From positions 1,664,001-1,728,000 of the forward strand of contig OZ241326.1 of the NCBI GenBank assembly GCA_965199855.1: a DNA stretch of 64,000 bases, given 5' to 3'. A program made the translations under genes and the position numbers. The stretch is from a bacterium (GTDB taxonomy: Bacteria > UBA8248). The notes beneath the pieces were generated by a model. The model was not told where the DNA came from, did not search any database, and was given only the letters and a program-made list of their open reading frames with translations. Below, piece after piece: positions 1 to 9,931 of the stretch (within the stretch, counting starts at the first letter, position 1; each line of letters opens with the position of its first letter).

Positions 1-353
1 GAGTCGCCGGCGTCGGCGGGCAGCATGTCGTAGGTCTTGACGATGCTGAGCTCCGGGTCGCCGATGAGGGGATAGTTCACGGCGTGGCCCTGCGCGCGCT
101 CGATGTCCTTCGACCACTTCTCATGGTCGGAGACGCCGTCCACGCTGACGCCGATGATCTTGCAGTTCCGCCTCTCGAACTCGGGCTTGAGGCCGGCCAT
201 CGTCCCCAGCTCCGTGGTGCAGACCGGCGTGAAGTCCTTGGGATGCGAGAACAGGATGGCCCAGCCCTCGCCGATCCATTCATGGAAGCGGATGGGCCCC
301 TCGGTCGTGTCGGCCGAAAAATCCGGCGCTTCGTCGTTGATTCTGAGCGTCAT
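1..353 (-). CDS. 1-Cys peroxiredoxin (Prx6 type), runs off the window edge
   Basis: Manual translation from ATG 353: MTLRINDEAPDFSADTTEGPIRFHEWIGEGWAILFSHPKDFTPVCTTELG; PVCTTE is the Prx6 signature. Not in the ORF track because it is truncated. Confidence 0.92.
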   Translation of the reverse strand, partial: MTLRINDEAPDFSADTTEGPIRFHEWIGEGWAILFSHPKDFTPVCTTELGTMAGLKPEFERRNCKIIGVSVDGVSDHEKWSKDIERAQGHAVNYPLIGDPELSIVKTYDMLPADAGD

Positions 354-555
354 TGTCCCTTTCCCCTTGAAAAAAGTATTGGATGAGTTGCGGCATGGAT
401 TCACCGCGCGCGAAACCGCCAAGCGAAATATACCCCGCTCCCTCGCTCCGCGCAACTTCCGCGCGGCGTTGGGGAGGAAAAAAGCGGCCTTGGGCGGGTG
501 GCCGGGGCCTCCCGCAGGAGTATGGAGGACTCGGGCGGCGGTTCGCGGCGAGAGG

Positions 556-629
556 TGGCTGGGGGAGGAGGATTCGAACCTCCGTACCCAGATCCAGAGT
601 CTGGTGTCCTGCCGCTAGACGATCCCCCA
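556..629 (-). tRNA. tRNA-Gln (anticodon CTG)
   Basis: Minus strand TGGGGGATCGTCTAGCGGCAGGACACCAGACTCTGGATCTGGGTACGGAGGTTCGAATCCTCCTCCCCCAGCCA: CCAGA/TCTGG anticodon stem with loop CT-CTG-GA, GTTCGAATC T-loop, encoded CCA; directly downstream of gltX. Confidence 0.96.
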
Positions 630-690
630 GCGCGACCGGGATGTTTATATGCGGGAGGCTCCGGTTCGTCAAGGAAGGCGGCGAGGCGCG

Positions 691-2100
691 CTATCGGGCG
701 ATTCGGGCGAGGGCGGCGTCGAGGCGGCGGACGGCCGCCTCCCTGCCGAGGAGGCCGAGCGTCTCGAAAATGCCGGGGCTCACGGTTCCGCCCGTGACGG
801 CGACGCGCGCGGGCTGGGCCAGCTTGCCGAGCTTGAGACCCTCCTCCTCCAGGACGCGCTCGAAGGCGGACTTCACGGCTTCGGTCGAGAACGTCTCGAT
901 TCGGACGAGTTCGCCGCGCAGCTTCGCCAGCGCGCCCGATATTTCCGGCGTGAGGAATTTCGCCGCGGCCTTCCCGTCGATTTCGACTTCCTCCTCGAAG
1001 AAGAACCGCGCGCCCTCCGCCATGTCCTCCAGGGTTTCCGAGCGCGTTCTGAGCTCCTCGACGACGCCCCGGCGCGCCTCGCGCGTCAGCGCGTCCGGCG
1101 AGAGACCCCGCGCGCGGAGCCCCTCGTCCAGCGCCTCGACCAGAAAGTCGCCGTCGGCGCCCTTGACGTATTCCTGGTTCAGCCAGAGCAGCTTCTCCGG
1201 GTTGAAGACGGCGGCGGCGCGGTTCAGACCTTCGAGGGAGAAATGCTCGACAATCTCCCCGCGGGAGAATATCTCCTGATCCCCGAGGCTCCACCCGAGC
1301 CGTGCGAGGTAGTTGATGAGCGCCTCGGGCAGAAAGCCCCGCTCCCTGTATTCGAGCACCGAGTTCGCGCCGTGCCGCTTGGAGAGCCTCTTTTTGTCGG
1401 GGCCCAGGATCATCGAGATGTGCGCGAACGCGGGCGTCGGCTCGTTCAGGGCGCGATAGACGAGAACCTGCCTGGGCGTGTTCGAGAGGTGGTCGTTGCC
1501 GCGTATGACGTGGGTGATCCCCATGTCGATGTCGTCCACCGCCACGCAGAAGTTGTAGGTGGGCGAGCCGTCGGTGCGGACGATCACCATGTCGTCCAGC
1601 TGCTCGTTCTCGAAGGCGACCTCGCCGGCGAGGAGGTCGGCGACGCTCGTCCGTCCGCCCTCGGGGACGCGAAGCCGCAGGCAGAAGGGCGCGTCCGGCT
1701 CCTTGTCGTAGCGATCCCGGCAGGTTCCGTCGTATTTGGGCGTCCTTCCCGCGGCGCGCGCCCGCTCGCGCATGGCGTCCACCTCCTCGGGCGCGCAGGT
1801 GCAGCGGTAGGCGGCGCCGGAGGCGAGGAGTTTTTCCGCGGCCTCCCTGTAGACGTCCATGCGCCGCGACTGGCGGTAGGGCCCCTCGTCCCATTCGAGT
1901 CCCAGCCAGTCGAACGCCTCGAGAATCGCGTCGTAGTATTCTTCCGTGGAGCGCCGCCGGTCGGTGTCCTCGATTCTCAGGATGGCCGCGCCCCCGTGGC
2001 GCCGCGCGAAGAACCAGTTGAACAGCGCGGTGCGCGCCCCGCCCAGGTGGAGGTGTCCCGTGTTCGAGGGGGCGAAGCGGACGCGGACGCCGTTTTTCAT
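691..2100 (-). CDS. gltX: glutamate--tRNA ligase
   Basis: Start MKNGVRVRFAPSNTGHLHLGGART (HIGH region), LRIEDTD, THVIRGNDH, KRLSKR (KMSKS motif), C-terminal anticodon domain; ATG at 2100 chosen within ORF 691..2532. Confidence 0.96.
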   Translation of the reverse strand: MKNGVRVRFAPSNTGHLHLGGARTALFNWFFARRHGGAAILRIEDTDRRRSTEEYYDAILEAFDWLGLEWDEGPYRQSRRMDVYREAAEKLLASGAAYRCTCAPEEVDAMRERARAAGRTPKYDGTCRDRYDKEPDAPFCLRLRVPEGGRTSVADLLAGEVAFENEQLDDMVIVRTDGSPTYNFCVAVDDIDMGITHVIRGNDHLSNTPRQVLVYRALNEPTPAFAHISMILGPDKKRLSKRHGANSVLEYRERGFLPEALINYLARLGWSLGDQEIFSRGEIVEHFSLEGLNRAAAVFNPEKLLWLNQEYVKGADGDFLVEALDEGLRARGLSPDALTREARRGVVEELRTRSETLEDMAEGARFFFEEEVEIDGKAAAKFLTPEISGALAKLRGELVRIETFSTEAVKSAFERVLEEEGLKLGKLAQPARVAVTGGTVSPGIFETLGLLGREAAVRRLDAALARIAR

Positions 2101-2283
2101 CGAATGCCTCATCCTTTGCCGCCGCGCGGCGGACCCCGCGCGGCAAGGGGAGGATTCTAGGGATGGTTCGCGGGCGATTGCAAGACGCCCGGCCGGGCGC
2201 GGCGGCGCCCTTGCGGACGGCGGCTGAAAAGGCGAAAGATTCGGTGGGGAGCCTCGAAAACAGGAACGGGGAGGAGCGCGAAG

Positions 2284-2613
2284 ATGCCGTATTTCTACGA
2301 TCTTGCGGAAATCGAGCCGCAAAGGATGCCGGGGAGGGAGCGCAGGCTCGTCGTGGGCGAGAACGTGATGATGCTCTTCATCGAAAGAGAGGGCGGGACG
2401 GAGCAGGAGCACAGCCACGACGTGGAGCAGCTCGTCTATCTGGTGAAGGGCGAGGCCGCGTTCACCGTGGCCGGCGAGACGCGGAAGATCAGGGCGGGGC
2501 AGGTGGTTCACATCCCCAAGGGCGTCCCGCACCGGCTGGACGCGCCGACGCCCATCACCTACATCGGCGTCTATTCGCCCCTGCGCGAGGAGGCCATTCG
2601 CGCGGAGGCGTGA
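2284..2613 (+). CDS. cupin domain protein
   Basis: HSHDVEQLVYLVKG and IPKGVPH cupin motifs; GAGGAG RBS upstream. Confidence 0.88.
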   Translation: MPYFYDLAEIEPQRMPGRERRLVVGENVMMLFIEREGGTEQEHSHDVEQLVYLVKGEAAFTVAGETRKIRAGQVVHIPKGVPHRLDAPTPITYIGVYSPLREEAIRAEA

Positions 2614-2637
2614 GCGCCGCCCCGGAGGGCTCGGGCG

Positions 2638-3033
2638 CTAGTCGGGGGGCGTCCATCCCTCGGCCTCGAGCTCCTCCATCGCCTCCAGCATGCAGGTGAC
2701 CCCGTAGGTCAGCGCCTTGGAGCCCGACGGGTTCACGCAGACCATGAGCGCCTCGGCGATCTCCTCAGGATGGAGACCCAGCTGAAGCCCCTTCTTCAGA
2801 TGCTGCCTGAGGTGCGGTTGGTTGTGCGGGTTCGAGCCCTCGACGGCGAGGGCGAGAATGTGAAACAGCTCGTGCATCCGCTCGTCGAACCTTCTCGTCT
2901 TCGCGCGGATGACCTCGTCCAGACGCAACAGCGCCTCCATGTAGTCGGGAAACTTCTCGGCGATGAACGCATGGGCCGGGTATCTGCGCCCCCGTCGCGC
3001 GGCGATTTCATCGGCCAGGCTTTTCTCCGGCAT
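2638..3033 (-). CDS. carboxymuconolactone decarboxylase/AhpD-like protein
   Basis: ERMHELFHILALA...HLKKGLQLGLHPEEIAEAL matches the CMD helix pattern; start at MPEKS (ATG 3033, GGAGG RBS). Confidence 0.75.
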   Translation of the reverse strand: MPEKSLADEIAARRGRRYPAHAFIAEKFPDYMEALLRLDEVIRAKTRRFDERMHELFHILALAVEGSNPHNQPHLRQHLKKGLQLGLHPEEIAEALMVCVNPSGSKALTYGVTCMLEAMEELEAEGWTPPD

Positions 3034-3174
3034 GGCGGCCTCCCGTTCGGTTCGGGGAATCATTCGGCTTCGTCGAAAAATCAAGATCGTCCCGCAAAGG
3101 CTTTCTTCCTGTCATGAAGCGGGTCCGGCGGGACGCTCCCGAGCGCGCGGCCGGCGCGGTTTCTCGCTGTCGTC

Positions 3175-4491
3175 TCATAGACGATCTTCGCCGCCCCCGC
3201 CCCCTTGGGAGGGAGCGAGCGCCGCCTCCGGCCTCCCGGGTTCGGGCGTCAGCCAGAGCAGGGCGCCTCCCAGGAGAAAAAAGACGAGAATGGAGAGTAT
3301 CGCCGTTCTCTGGTCCCCCGTGAGAGCGGAGACGCCGCCGAAGACGATCGGCCCCAGCACCGAGCTCATCTTGCCGCAAACGCCGTAGAAGGAGAACGAC
3401 TGCGCGGATTTTTCCTCGGGGACGTAGGCGGCCATCAGCGCCCTGCTCGCCGACTGGCTGGAGCCGAGGGAAAGCCCCGCCAGCAGGGAGACGCCCAGGA
3501 ATACGGATTTCGAGCTCGTGAAATAGGCGATGACGACGACGGCGCACCAGTTCGCCAGCGTCAGCAGTATGGTTTTCCGCGCGCCCCAGGCGTCCGTCAG
3601 GTAGCCGAGGGCGAACGCGCCGACGCCGGCGGATACCTGCACGGCGAGAAAGAGGTACAGCACCTCGCCCATGGAGAAGGCCAGGGTGGAGACCGCGTAG
3701 ATGGAGCTGAAGGAGATGACGGTGACGACCCCGTCGTTGTAGAGGAAAAAGGCCAGCAGGAATCGGAGCGCGCCCGGGGTTTTCCTCATGCCGCGCAGCG
3801 TGCGCAGCAGCTCGGCGAAGGCGCCCCGCCCGCCCGGCGCGGATTTCGGCGCCGCCTCGCGCAGCCAGAAGATGACCGGAAGGGTGAAGAGGCCGTAGAA
3901 CCCGGCGACCGCGAGAAAGCTCGCGCGGAACCAGGGGAGATTCTCCGCCGAGAAGCCTCCGTCGAGAAAGGGCTTGACCAGGAAGAGGCAGAGCAGCCCG
4001 CCCGCGTAGCCCAGCCCCCAGCCCCAGCCGCTGATTTTCCCGACGCTGGCCGGGGTGGAGATGTCGGGCAGGAAGGAGTTGTAGAAGATGAGGGAGCCCT
4101 CGAACGCGGCGGCGGCGAGGATGAAGAGCAGCATTCCGGCGAGGATCATGCCGGCGGTCACGCTCGCCAGCAGGGCGGTGGCGAGGACGCAGACGCAGGC
4201 GTAGAGGAGCAGAAAGCGCTTGCGGGCGCCCCGCCCGTCCGCCGCGGTGCTCAGGGGAAGGGCGGTGGCCACGCTGGCGATCATGGCGAGCGCGAGCGCC
4301 AGCCCCCACAGGAAGTCCGCGCTTCCGCCGCCTCCGGCCACGACTTGCTTGAAATAGACGCTGTAGGCGACGGTGACGATGAGGGTGGGGAAGGCCGAAT
4401 TGGCGAAGTCGTACATGCACCAGGAGAAAATTTCCCGGCCCTGGCCCGGCCTCTTTGGGTTCGCGTTCGGCTCGCCGGCGTTCTTCTTCAT
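3175..4491 (-). CDS. MFS transporter, UMF1/ATG22-like
   Basis: SWCMYDFANSAF, FYNSFLPDI, SGWGWGLGYAGG, FFLYNDG and QSASRA are typical of this family; about 12 hydrophobic segments. Confidence 0.9.
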   Translation of the reverse strand: MKKNAGEPNANPKRPGQGREIFSWCMYDFANSAFPTLIVTVAYSVYFKQVVAGGGGSADFLWGLALALAMIASVATALPLSTAADGRGARKRFLLLYACVCVLATALLASVTAGMILAGMLLFILAAAAFEGSLIFYNSFLPDISTPASVGKISGWGWGLGYAGGLLCLFLVKPFLDGGFSAENLPWFRASFLAVAGFYGLFTLPVIFWLREAAPKSAPGGRGAFAELLRTLRGMRKTPGALRFLLAFFLYNDGVVTVISFSSIYAVSTLAFSMGEVLYLFLAVQVSAGVGAFALGYLTDAWGARKTILLTLANWCAVVVIAYFTSSKSVFLGVSLLAGLSLGSSQSASRALMAAYVPEEKSAQSFSFYGVCGKMSSVLGPIVFGGVSALTGDQRTAILSILVFFLLGGALLWLTPEPGRPEAALAPSQGGGGGEDRL

Positions 4492-4665
4492 GCGGACGCT
4501 TTACCGGAATGAAGAGCGGGCTGGATGAAAAAGCCCTCATAATGCGAGAGGCAATCGCAAAACCCTCGCATTCTGCTACTATACCCCATCGGGAGGTCAT
4601 CTGGAATCGCGCGCGCGTTCCGATGACCCGCAAGCCGCTTTCGGGTTTTCCCGCGTGAGTCTTTC

Positions 4666-7600
4666 ATGTTCCGGTTTCTGAAGTGGTCTGCCTGGATTCT
4701 CGGCGCGTTCGTCGTTCTCCTTGTCGCCGCCGTCCTCGCCGTGCAGGTTTTCCTCTCCTCGGACGAGGTCGTCAGAATCGTGGAGAGGGAGGGGCGCAAG
4801 CTCCTGGGCAGAAAAGTATCCATCGAGCGGCTGGAACTGGGTTTGTTCAAGATCACGGCGAGCGGAGTCGCCGTGGAGGGAGCGGGCGGGAAGGGCGAAG
4901 AAGCCGAAGCGGGCGGCAGGCCCTTCATCCGTCTCGCGGAGGTTGACGTTCTCTGGAATCCCTCGGCCCTGCTTTATCGGCGCGTCAGCGTCGTGCAGCT
5001 CACCGTCCGGGGCGGATCCTTTCGGGTGCGCCGGGACGCGCGCGGGAAATTCGATTTCCGCGACGTCATCGAGCGTCTGCGCCGGCCGGCGAAGAATGCG
5101 GAGGGGAGCCGGGCGGGAGGGCTGAAAATTCCCTTCCTCGCGCCCGCCTCCGCCGAGGCGGCGCCTGACGCCGCCGGGGGCGTCGGGCTTGGCTTCGGCT
5201 TCGTGATTCACGAACTGGATTTGTACGACGTAGCCGGCGAGGTTCGCTTCGCCGCCGGAGACGCCGCGCCGGCCTTCGCCGCCTCGTGCTCTCTCGCGCA
5301 CGTAGAGGTGGACAGGATAGCCCCGGGCGAGCCGCTGGACGTTTTTGTGGACGGGCGATGCCGCAGGCCGGGAGGCCCGCCGCTCATCCGGCTCAAGGGC
5401 GACGCGCGCGCGGACCTGGGCTCGCGGCGCTATCGCGCCTCGCTCGACGTCCCCCTGCTTGACGCATCCTTCATGGACGCCCTCTCGCCGGGAGGGGAGA
5501 ATTATCGCCTGCGAAGCGGGACTCTCGCGGGAAGCGCGAAGCTCGCCTACGCCGCCGGGGAGCCGCTCGCCTGGGAGGCTGACTTGCGGGGGCGCGCCAT
5601 CCGGGCGGATTTTCGGGCGAACCCTGGGGGGAAATGGCGCGCGTTGCGCCTGCCCGCGCTGAAGCTCAAGGCGAAGGGCCGATACGCTCCGACCGGGGGC
5701 TCCGCTCACGTGGAGTCCCTGCTTTTCGAGACGCCTCTTGCGAACGTCAGGCTCACGAAGCCCTCCTTCTGGAGCGTCGCGGGGAAGGACGAGATTCACG
5801 TAGAGGCGCGCGTCAAGGACATGGCCGGGGTCGGCGGCTGGGTTTCCGCGATAGCCGGCTTTTCCCTTCCCTGGCTGAAAAAGGGCGCGGCGGCGGAGGT
5901 GACGATATCGGCCGCGCGGGATCGCCGGAAGACCGCCGGCGCCGTTCGCGCGGAGGCGGCGGCGCGCTTCGACCCCGTGGGACTGGCCGCGTTTCTTCCG
6001 TTCTTCTCTCTCGACAATCGCGTCACGGACGTAAGGGGGAGCGCGGGCGGGAAGGCGCGCGTGGTTTTCGTCTCCGGCGAGACCGAGCGGTGGGACGTGG
6101 ATTTGCAGGCGCGGAGCGCGTCCGCCCGCGTCCGCATGAACGAGCGAAAGCCCTGGCGGGATCTGCGGTTCGAGGCGCTGGCGCTGCGCTCGAAGGGAAG
6201 CTTCGACGAGCGGGACGGCTCCGCGCGAATCGACGCCCTGGAAATCGAGCTGCCCTTCGCGGCGGCGAGGCTCGACAAGCCCGCCAGGTGGAACGTCTCG
6301 GGGCGGGATGAAGCCGCCCTGTCGATCGACGTGGGCGATCTCGCGTCCGTGGCCGATTTGCTGGCGCGGCTCGGGCTGGCGTCGCTCGAGGGCTTTCCCG
6401 ACGGGACGAGGGCGCGCCTCACGGCCGCCTTGTCCCGGAACCGGAAAGAGACATCGGGCTTCCGGGCGGAGGCGGACGCGCGCTTCGCCGCCCTGCCGAT
6501 TGCGCCCTTCGTGCGCCTGACGCCGCTGCCCGCTTCGGTGAAAAAGCCCGCGGGCCGGGTGAGCGGCGCGCTGCGCGTTTCCCTGAGCCCCGCCGGCGCC
6601 GTTCGCTGGGACGCCGACCTCGCCGGAAAAAAAATCGGCGCGATCGCCGGGAAAGCCCCGGACGGGAAGCCCCGCGCCGTCTCCCTCGATTCGGCCGTCC
6701 TCCGGACGACGGGCGTCCGGCTCCCCGCGGACGGCTCCTTCAGGGTCGGGAGGTTCGAGCTGGAGCTCCCCTTCGCCAGGGCGCGCCTCAATCGCGCGGC
6801 GACCTGGGGCGGGAAGGCCGGAGATGCGTTTTCGCTGACGCTCGACGTCACGGATTCGGGCGCCGCCGGCCGCTGGCTGGAGAGGCTCGCGGCGTTTCCC
6901 GTTCCCTTGGCGCCCGGCGGCGAGAAGATGAAAATCCTGCTCTCCGGGGAGAGAAGCGGAAAGAACGGACGCGGCTTCTCCTACGAGGCGTCCGCCTCGT
7001 TCGACGCCTTGCGCGTGGCCCCCCTGCTCGAACTCGCGCGCCTCTCTCCCGCGCCTTACCGCCTGGCGGGGGAGGTCGCCGGAAAGGCCGCGCTCGCCTA
7101 TGCGCCGGGCCGGAGAATCGCGTGGGACCTCGACCTCGAAAGCGGCGATCTGCGCGCGGGCGCTCTCGCGTCCCCGGCGCGAAAGCGGCGCGGGGCGGGG
7201 GCGGGGAAAGTGAGCCTCAAAACCGCCGGCTCCTATGATTTGCGGAGCCGGTCCGCCAGACTGCGGAGTTTCGACCTCTCCGCCCCCTTCGGCCGGGTGC
7301 GGATGCCGAAGCCCGCGCGCTGGAACGTGGAGGGGAGGGACGCGGCCCGGCTTCGGTGGAGGGTATCGAGCCTCGGTGAGGCGGCGCGGCTGGCCGGCGC
7401 CGTTTTCGGGGAGCCTTTTTCGAAATTGTCGGCGGCGGGCGGCGCCGACGGCTGGTTCGCCTTCTGGAGAAACAGAAAGAAGATGAAGGCACCGGCCGTC
7501 GGCTTCTCGGCCGCCGTGAAACTGCGCTCGCTCGCCCATGCCGACTATCCCAACCTGCGGCTGGCGGGCGAGGCTTCCGGGCGGATGAGCGGCGGCGTCC

Positions 7601-8829
7601 TCAAAATCCGCGCGCCGGAGCTGCGGCTGAGCGACGCGGGCAGGCCGGGCGCGCCGCCCGACGTCGTTCTGCGGGGGCTGAGCGCGTCCCTGGGCCGGGC
7701 GCCTCTCATGCGGGGGGAGCTGCGCGCGGCGGGCGTTCAGGCGAAGTCCCTCGAAGTCCGCTATCTGCATGACGCGGAGCGAAGGAGCAATTTCGCGTCC
7801 CTGTTCCGGCGGCGGAAGGAGAAGCGCTCCTCCGGAACGGGAGGCGGGGAGACGGGAAAAGCGGCGCCGGGCGTGAGGCGCGCGGCGGCTCCTCCGCCTT
7901 CAGGGGCAGGGGCGGCGCGCGTCAGGCGGGCGTCTGGAAGGGCGGAGCGGGAGGCGGGCGGGCCGCCGCTTCCCGTCATCAATGTCAAGAAGTTTGAAAT
8001 TCAGAAGTTGGCGCTTCATTTCGAGGACAGGCTCGAGAAGGACAAGCCGCCGATTGTCTGGGAGATTCCCGACGCCAGGGTGGTGGTGACGAACTTCGAC
8101 ACGCGCATGGCGCCGAACCTGCGCGAAACGCGCCTGGCGCTCAAGACGCTCGGCGGGGAGACTCCTTCGGTTTCTGCGAAAGCCTCGCTCAATCCCGCCC
8201 GGATGCCGCCGGACGTGGAGGGGACTTTCAGCCTCTCGGGGTTCGACCTTCGAGAAATATCCTCCTACGCCCGCGGCGTCGAGGGCGACAGCGTGGGCGC
8301 GGCGCTGATGCGCGGAACCAGAATAACGAGGGGGAGGCTCGATTTCCGCACCGCCTATTCGCTCAGGGACGGGCAGCTGGACCTGAAGGGGCGCGCCAAA
8401 ATTGTCGGACTGCGCCTGAAGCCGGACGGCGAGAATCCGCTGAGCGGCATCGCGATGAAAATCATCGAGAGGACGGCGCTGCGTCCGCTCAAGAAGAAGG
8501 GCGACGCGCTTTCGCTCGACGTCAGCGTGTCGGGCCGGGTGGACGATCCCGACTTCCACCTGCTGGACGCCGTCGTGGAGCCGGTGTTCGCCAATCTTTT
8601 CGAGCAGGTGGCGAGTCTGGGCTCCGACGTGACGAGCGCCCTGGACGAGATTCTCGGCATGGCGATCGAGGGCGTGCGGAAGGTGCTGCCCGGGGCGCAG
8701 CGCGGCGAGGACGCCGGGAAGGAGGCCGCTCCCCGGAGAGGGCCGTTCGGAACGATAGGGAAGGGAATCGGGGACGTTCTCGAGGGCCTTTTCGGGGACG
8801 GGAAGAAACCGGGCGAAAAATCCGAGTGA
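4666..8829 (+). CDS. AsmA-like/DUF748 bridge-like envelope protein, 1387 aa
   Basis: N-terminal TM helix followed by an AsmA-like region (LGRKVSIERLEL...VRRDARGKFDF); C-terminal DUF748-like region (LDVSVSGRVDDPDF); four internal repeats. Confidence 0.78.
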   Translation: MFRFLKWSAWILGAFVVLLVAAVLAVQVFLSSDEVVRIVEREGRKLLGRKVSIERLELGLFKITASGVAVEGAGGKGEEAEAGGRPFIRLAEVDVLWNPSALLYRRVSVVQLTVRGGSFRVRRDARGKFDFRDVIERLRRPAKNAEGSRAGGLKIPFLAPASAEAAPDAAGGVGLGFGFVIHELDLYDVAGEVRFAAGDAAPAFAASCSLAHVEVDRIAPGEPLDVFVDGRCRRPGGPPLIRLKGDARADLGSRRYRASLDVPLLDASFMDALSPGGENYRLRSGTLAGSAKLAYAAGEPLAWEADLRGRAIRADFRANPGGKWRALRLPALKLKAKGRYAPTGGSAHVESLLFETPLANVRLTKPSFWSVAGKDEIHVEARVKDMAGVGGWVSAIAGFSLPWLKKGAAAEVTISAARDRRKTAGAVRAEAAARFDPVGLAAFLPFFSLDNRVTDVRGSAGGKARVVFVSGETERWDVDLQARSASARVRMNERKPWRDLRFEALALRSKGSFDERDGSARIDALEIELPFAAARLDKPARWNVSGRDEAALSIDVGDLASVADLLARLGLASLEGFPDGTRARLTAALSRNRKETSGFRAEADARFAALPIAPFVRLTPLPASVKKPAGRVSGALRVSLSPAGAVRWDADLAGKKIGAIAGKAPDGKPRAVSLDSAVLRTTGVRLPADGSFRVGRFELELPFARARLNRAATWGGKAGDAFSLTLDVTDSGAAGRWLERLAAFPVPLAPGGEKMKILLSGERSGKNGRGFSYEASASFDALRVAPLLELARLSPAPYRLAGEVAGKAALAYAPGRRIAWDLDLESGDLRAGALASPARKRRGAGAGKVSLKTAGSYDLRSRSARLRSFDLSAPFGRVRMPKPARWNVEGRDAARLRWRVSSLGEAARLAGAVFGEPFSKLSAAGGADGWFAFWRNRKKMKAPAVGFSAAVKLRSLAHADYPNLRLAGEASGRMSGGVLKIRAPELRLSDAGRPGAPPDVVLRGLSASLGRAPLMRGELRAAGVQAKSLEVRYLHDAERRSNFASLFRRRKEKRSSGTGGGETGKAAPGVRRAAAPPPSGAGAARVRRASGRAEREAGGPPLPVINVKKFEIQKLALHFEDRLEKDKPPIVWEIPDARVVVTNFDTRMAPNLRETRLALKTLGGETPSVSAKASLNPARMPPDVEGTFSLSGFDLREISSYARGVEGDSVGAALMRGTRITRGRLDFRTAYSLRDGQLDLKGRAKIVGLRLKPDGENPLSGIAMKIIERTALRPLKKKGDALSLDVSVSGRVDDPDFHLLDAVVEPVFANLFEQVASLGSDVTSALDEILGMAIEGVRKVLPGAQRGEDAGKEAAPRRGPFGTIGKGIGDVLEGLFGDGKKPGEKSE

Positions 8830-8841
8830 GGGGGGCGGCCC

Positions 8842-9788
8842 TTGCCGCGCGGCGTTCTGGTGGTGAGTCCCTGGCATCGGCGATACGCGGAGGAGCTGAA
8901 GCGGCAGGCGCCGGGAGTTCGCGCCGCCGGCTGCGCCGGCGCGGAGGACGCGCCCGCCGATCTGTCGCCCTTCGACGCCGCCCTCGCCTGGAAGATGGAC
9001 AACGCGCTTCTCGAACGCTGGCCCGCGCTGGAGTGGATGCAGCTGGTCTCCGCGGGCGCGGACCACATTCTCTCCCTGCCCGCCCTGCGCCCCGGGGTCG
9101 CCGTCACCTCCGCGCGGGGCGTTCACGCGAGCCCATCGCCGACTATGCGATGATGATGCTCTCCGCCCTCTCCATGGGCCTGAAAAGCATGATGGCGAAC
9201 CAGGCGGAGCGCAGATGGAAGCCCTGGGGCTGGCGGGACCTGGAGGGCCGCGCGCTTTGCCAGGTCGGCATGGGCGCCATCGGGCGCGAAATCGCCCGCC
9301 GCGCCGGATGCGCCGGGATGCGCGTGCTGGGCGTGAGCCGCTCGGGCGCGTCGGGGGCGGACGAGGCGGATTCCCTCTTCCCGGCGGATGAAATCGAGGA
9401 GGCGCTCGGGCGCGCCGACTGCGTCGTCCTCGCTGTCCCCCATACCCCCGAAACGAAGGCCCTGATGAACGCGGAGAGGCTGGCCGCCATGAAGCCCGGC
9501 GCGCATCTCGTCAACGTGGCGCGGGGCGAGACGCTCGACGAGGACGCCCTGGTTCGCGCGCTCGATAGCGGCCATCTGGCCGGCGCCGCGCTGGACGTTT
9601 TCCCGGAAGAACCCCTGCCCGCCGACAGCCCGCTATGGGGGGTGAAAAACCTCATCATCACCCCCCACGTTTCGGGCCTCGCGCGCGACTATATTCCGCG
9701 CGTCTGCCGCGTATTCGTCGAAAACCATGAGAATCGCGCGCGCGGGCGACCCCTGAAAAACCTCATCGACAGGGAGCGCGGCTATTAA
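8842..9788 (+). pseudogene. D-2-hydroxyacid dehydrogenase family protein split by a 1-nt frameshift near 9129-9130 (pseudogene or sequencing error)
   Basis: The N-terminus (WMQLVSAGADH...TSARGVHA) is in ORF 8842..9153. The rest (EPIADY...VGMGAIG...LVNVARG...LDVF..EPL...ITPHVSG) is in ORF 8826..9788. One extra G restores GVHAEPIADY. Confidence 0.8.
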
Positions 9789-9931
9789 CCTCCGCGCGCC
9801 GTTCCATTAACGTCAAATTTTTCTTGCGCTTCCCGATTGAATCTGATATTGTTTCTAGGTTTTCCTCTGCCCGGGGACGCAGCGTTCCGCCAACGCCCGA
9901 AAGCTTCGGCGGGACAAGTGGGGTTTCGCGT

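Noticed and set aside
360-629. tRNA-Gln as an integration site for a genomic island
   Set aside because: No integrase, no duplicated tRNA 3' end seen in the window, and the next gene is a housekeeping peroxiredoxin.
4597-7770. Very long antisense or alternate-frame ORFs (e.g. 4597..7770, 20026..22824, 31502..34324, 35341..38151, 51121..54636)
   Set aside because: They are shadows of genuine genes in high-GC DNA, with low-complexity Arg/Gly/Ala/Pro-rich translations and no motifs.
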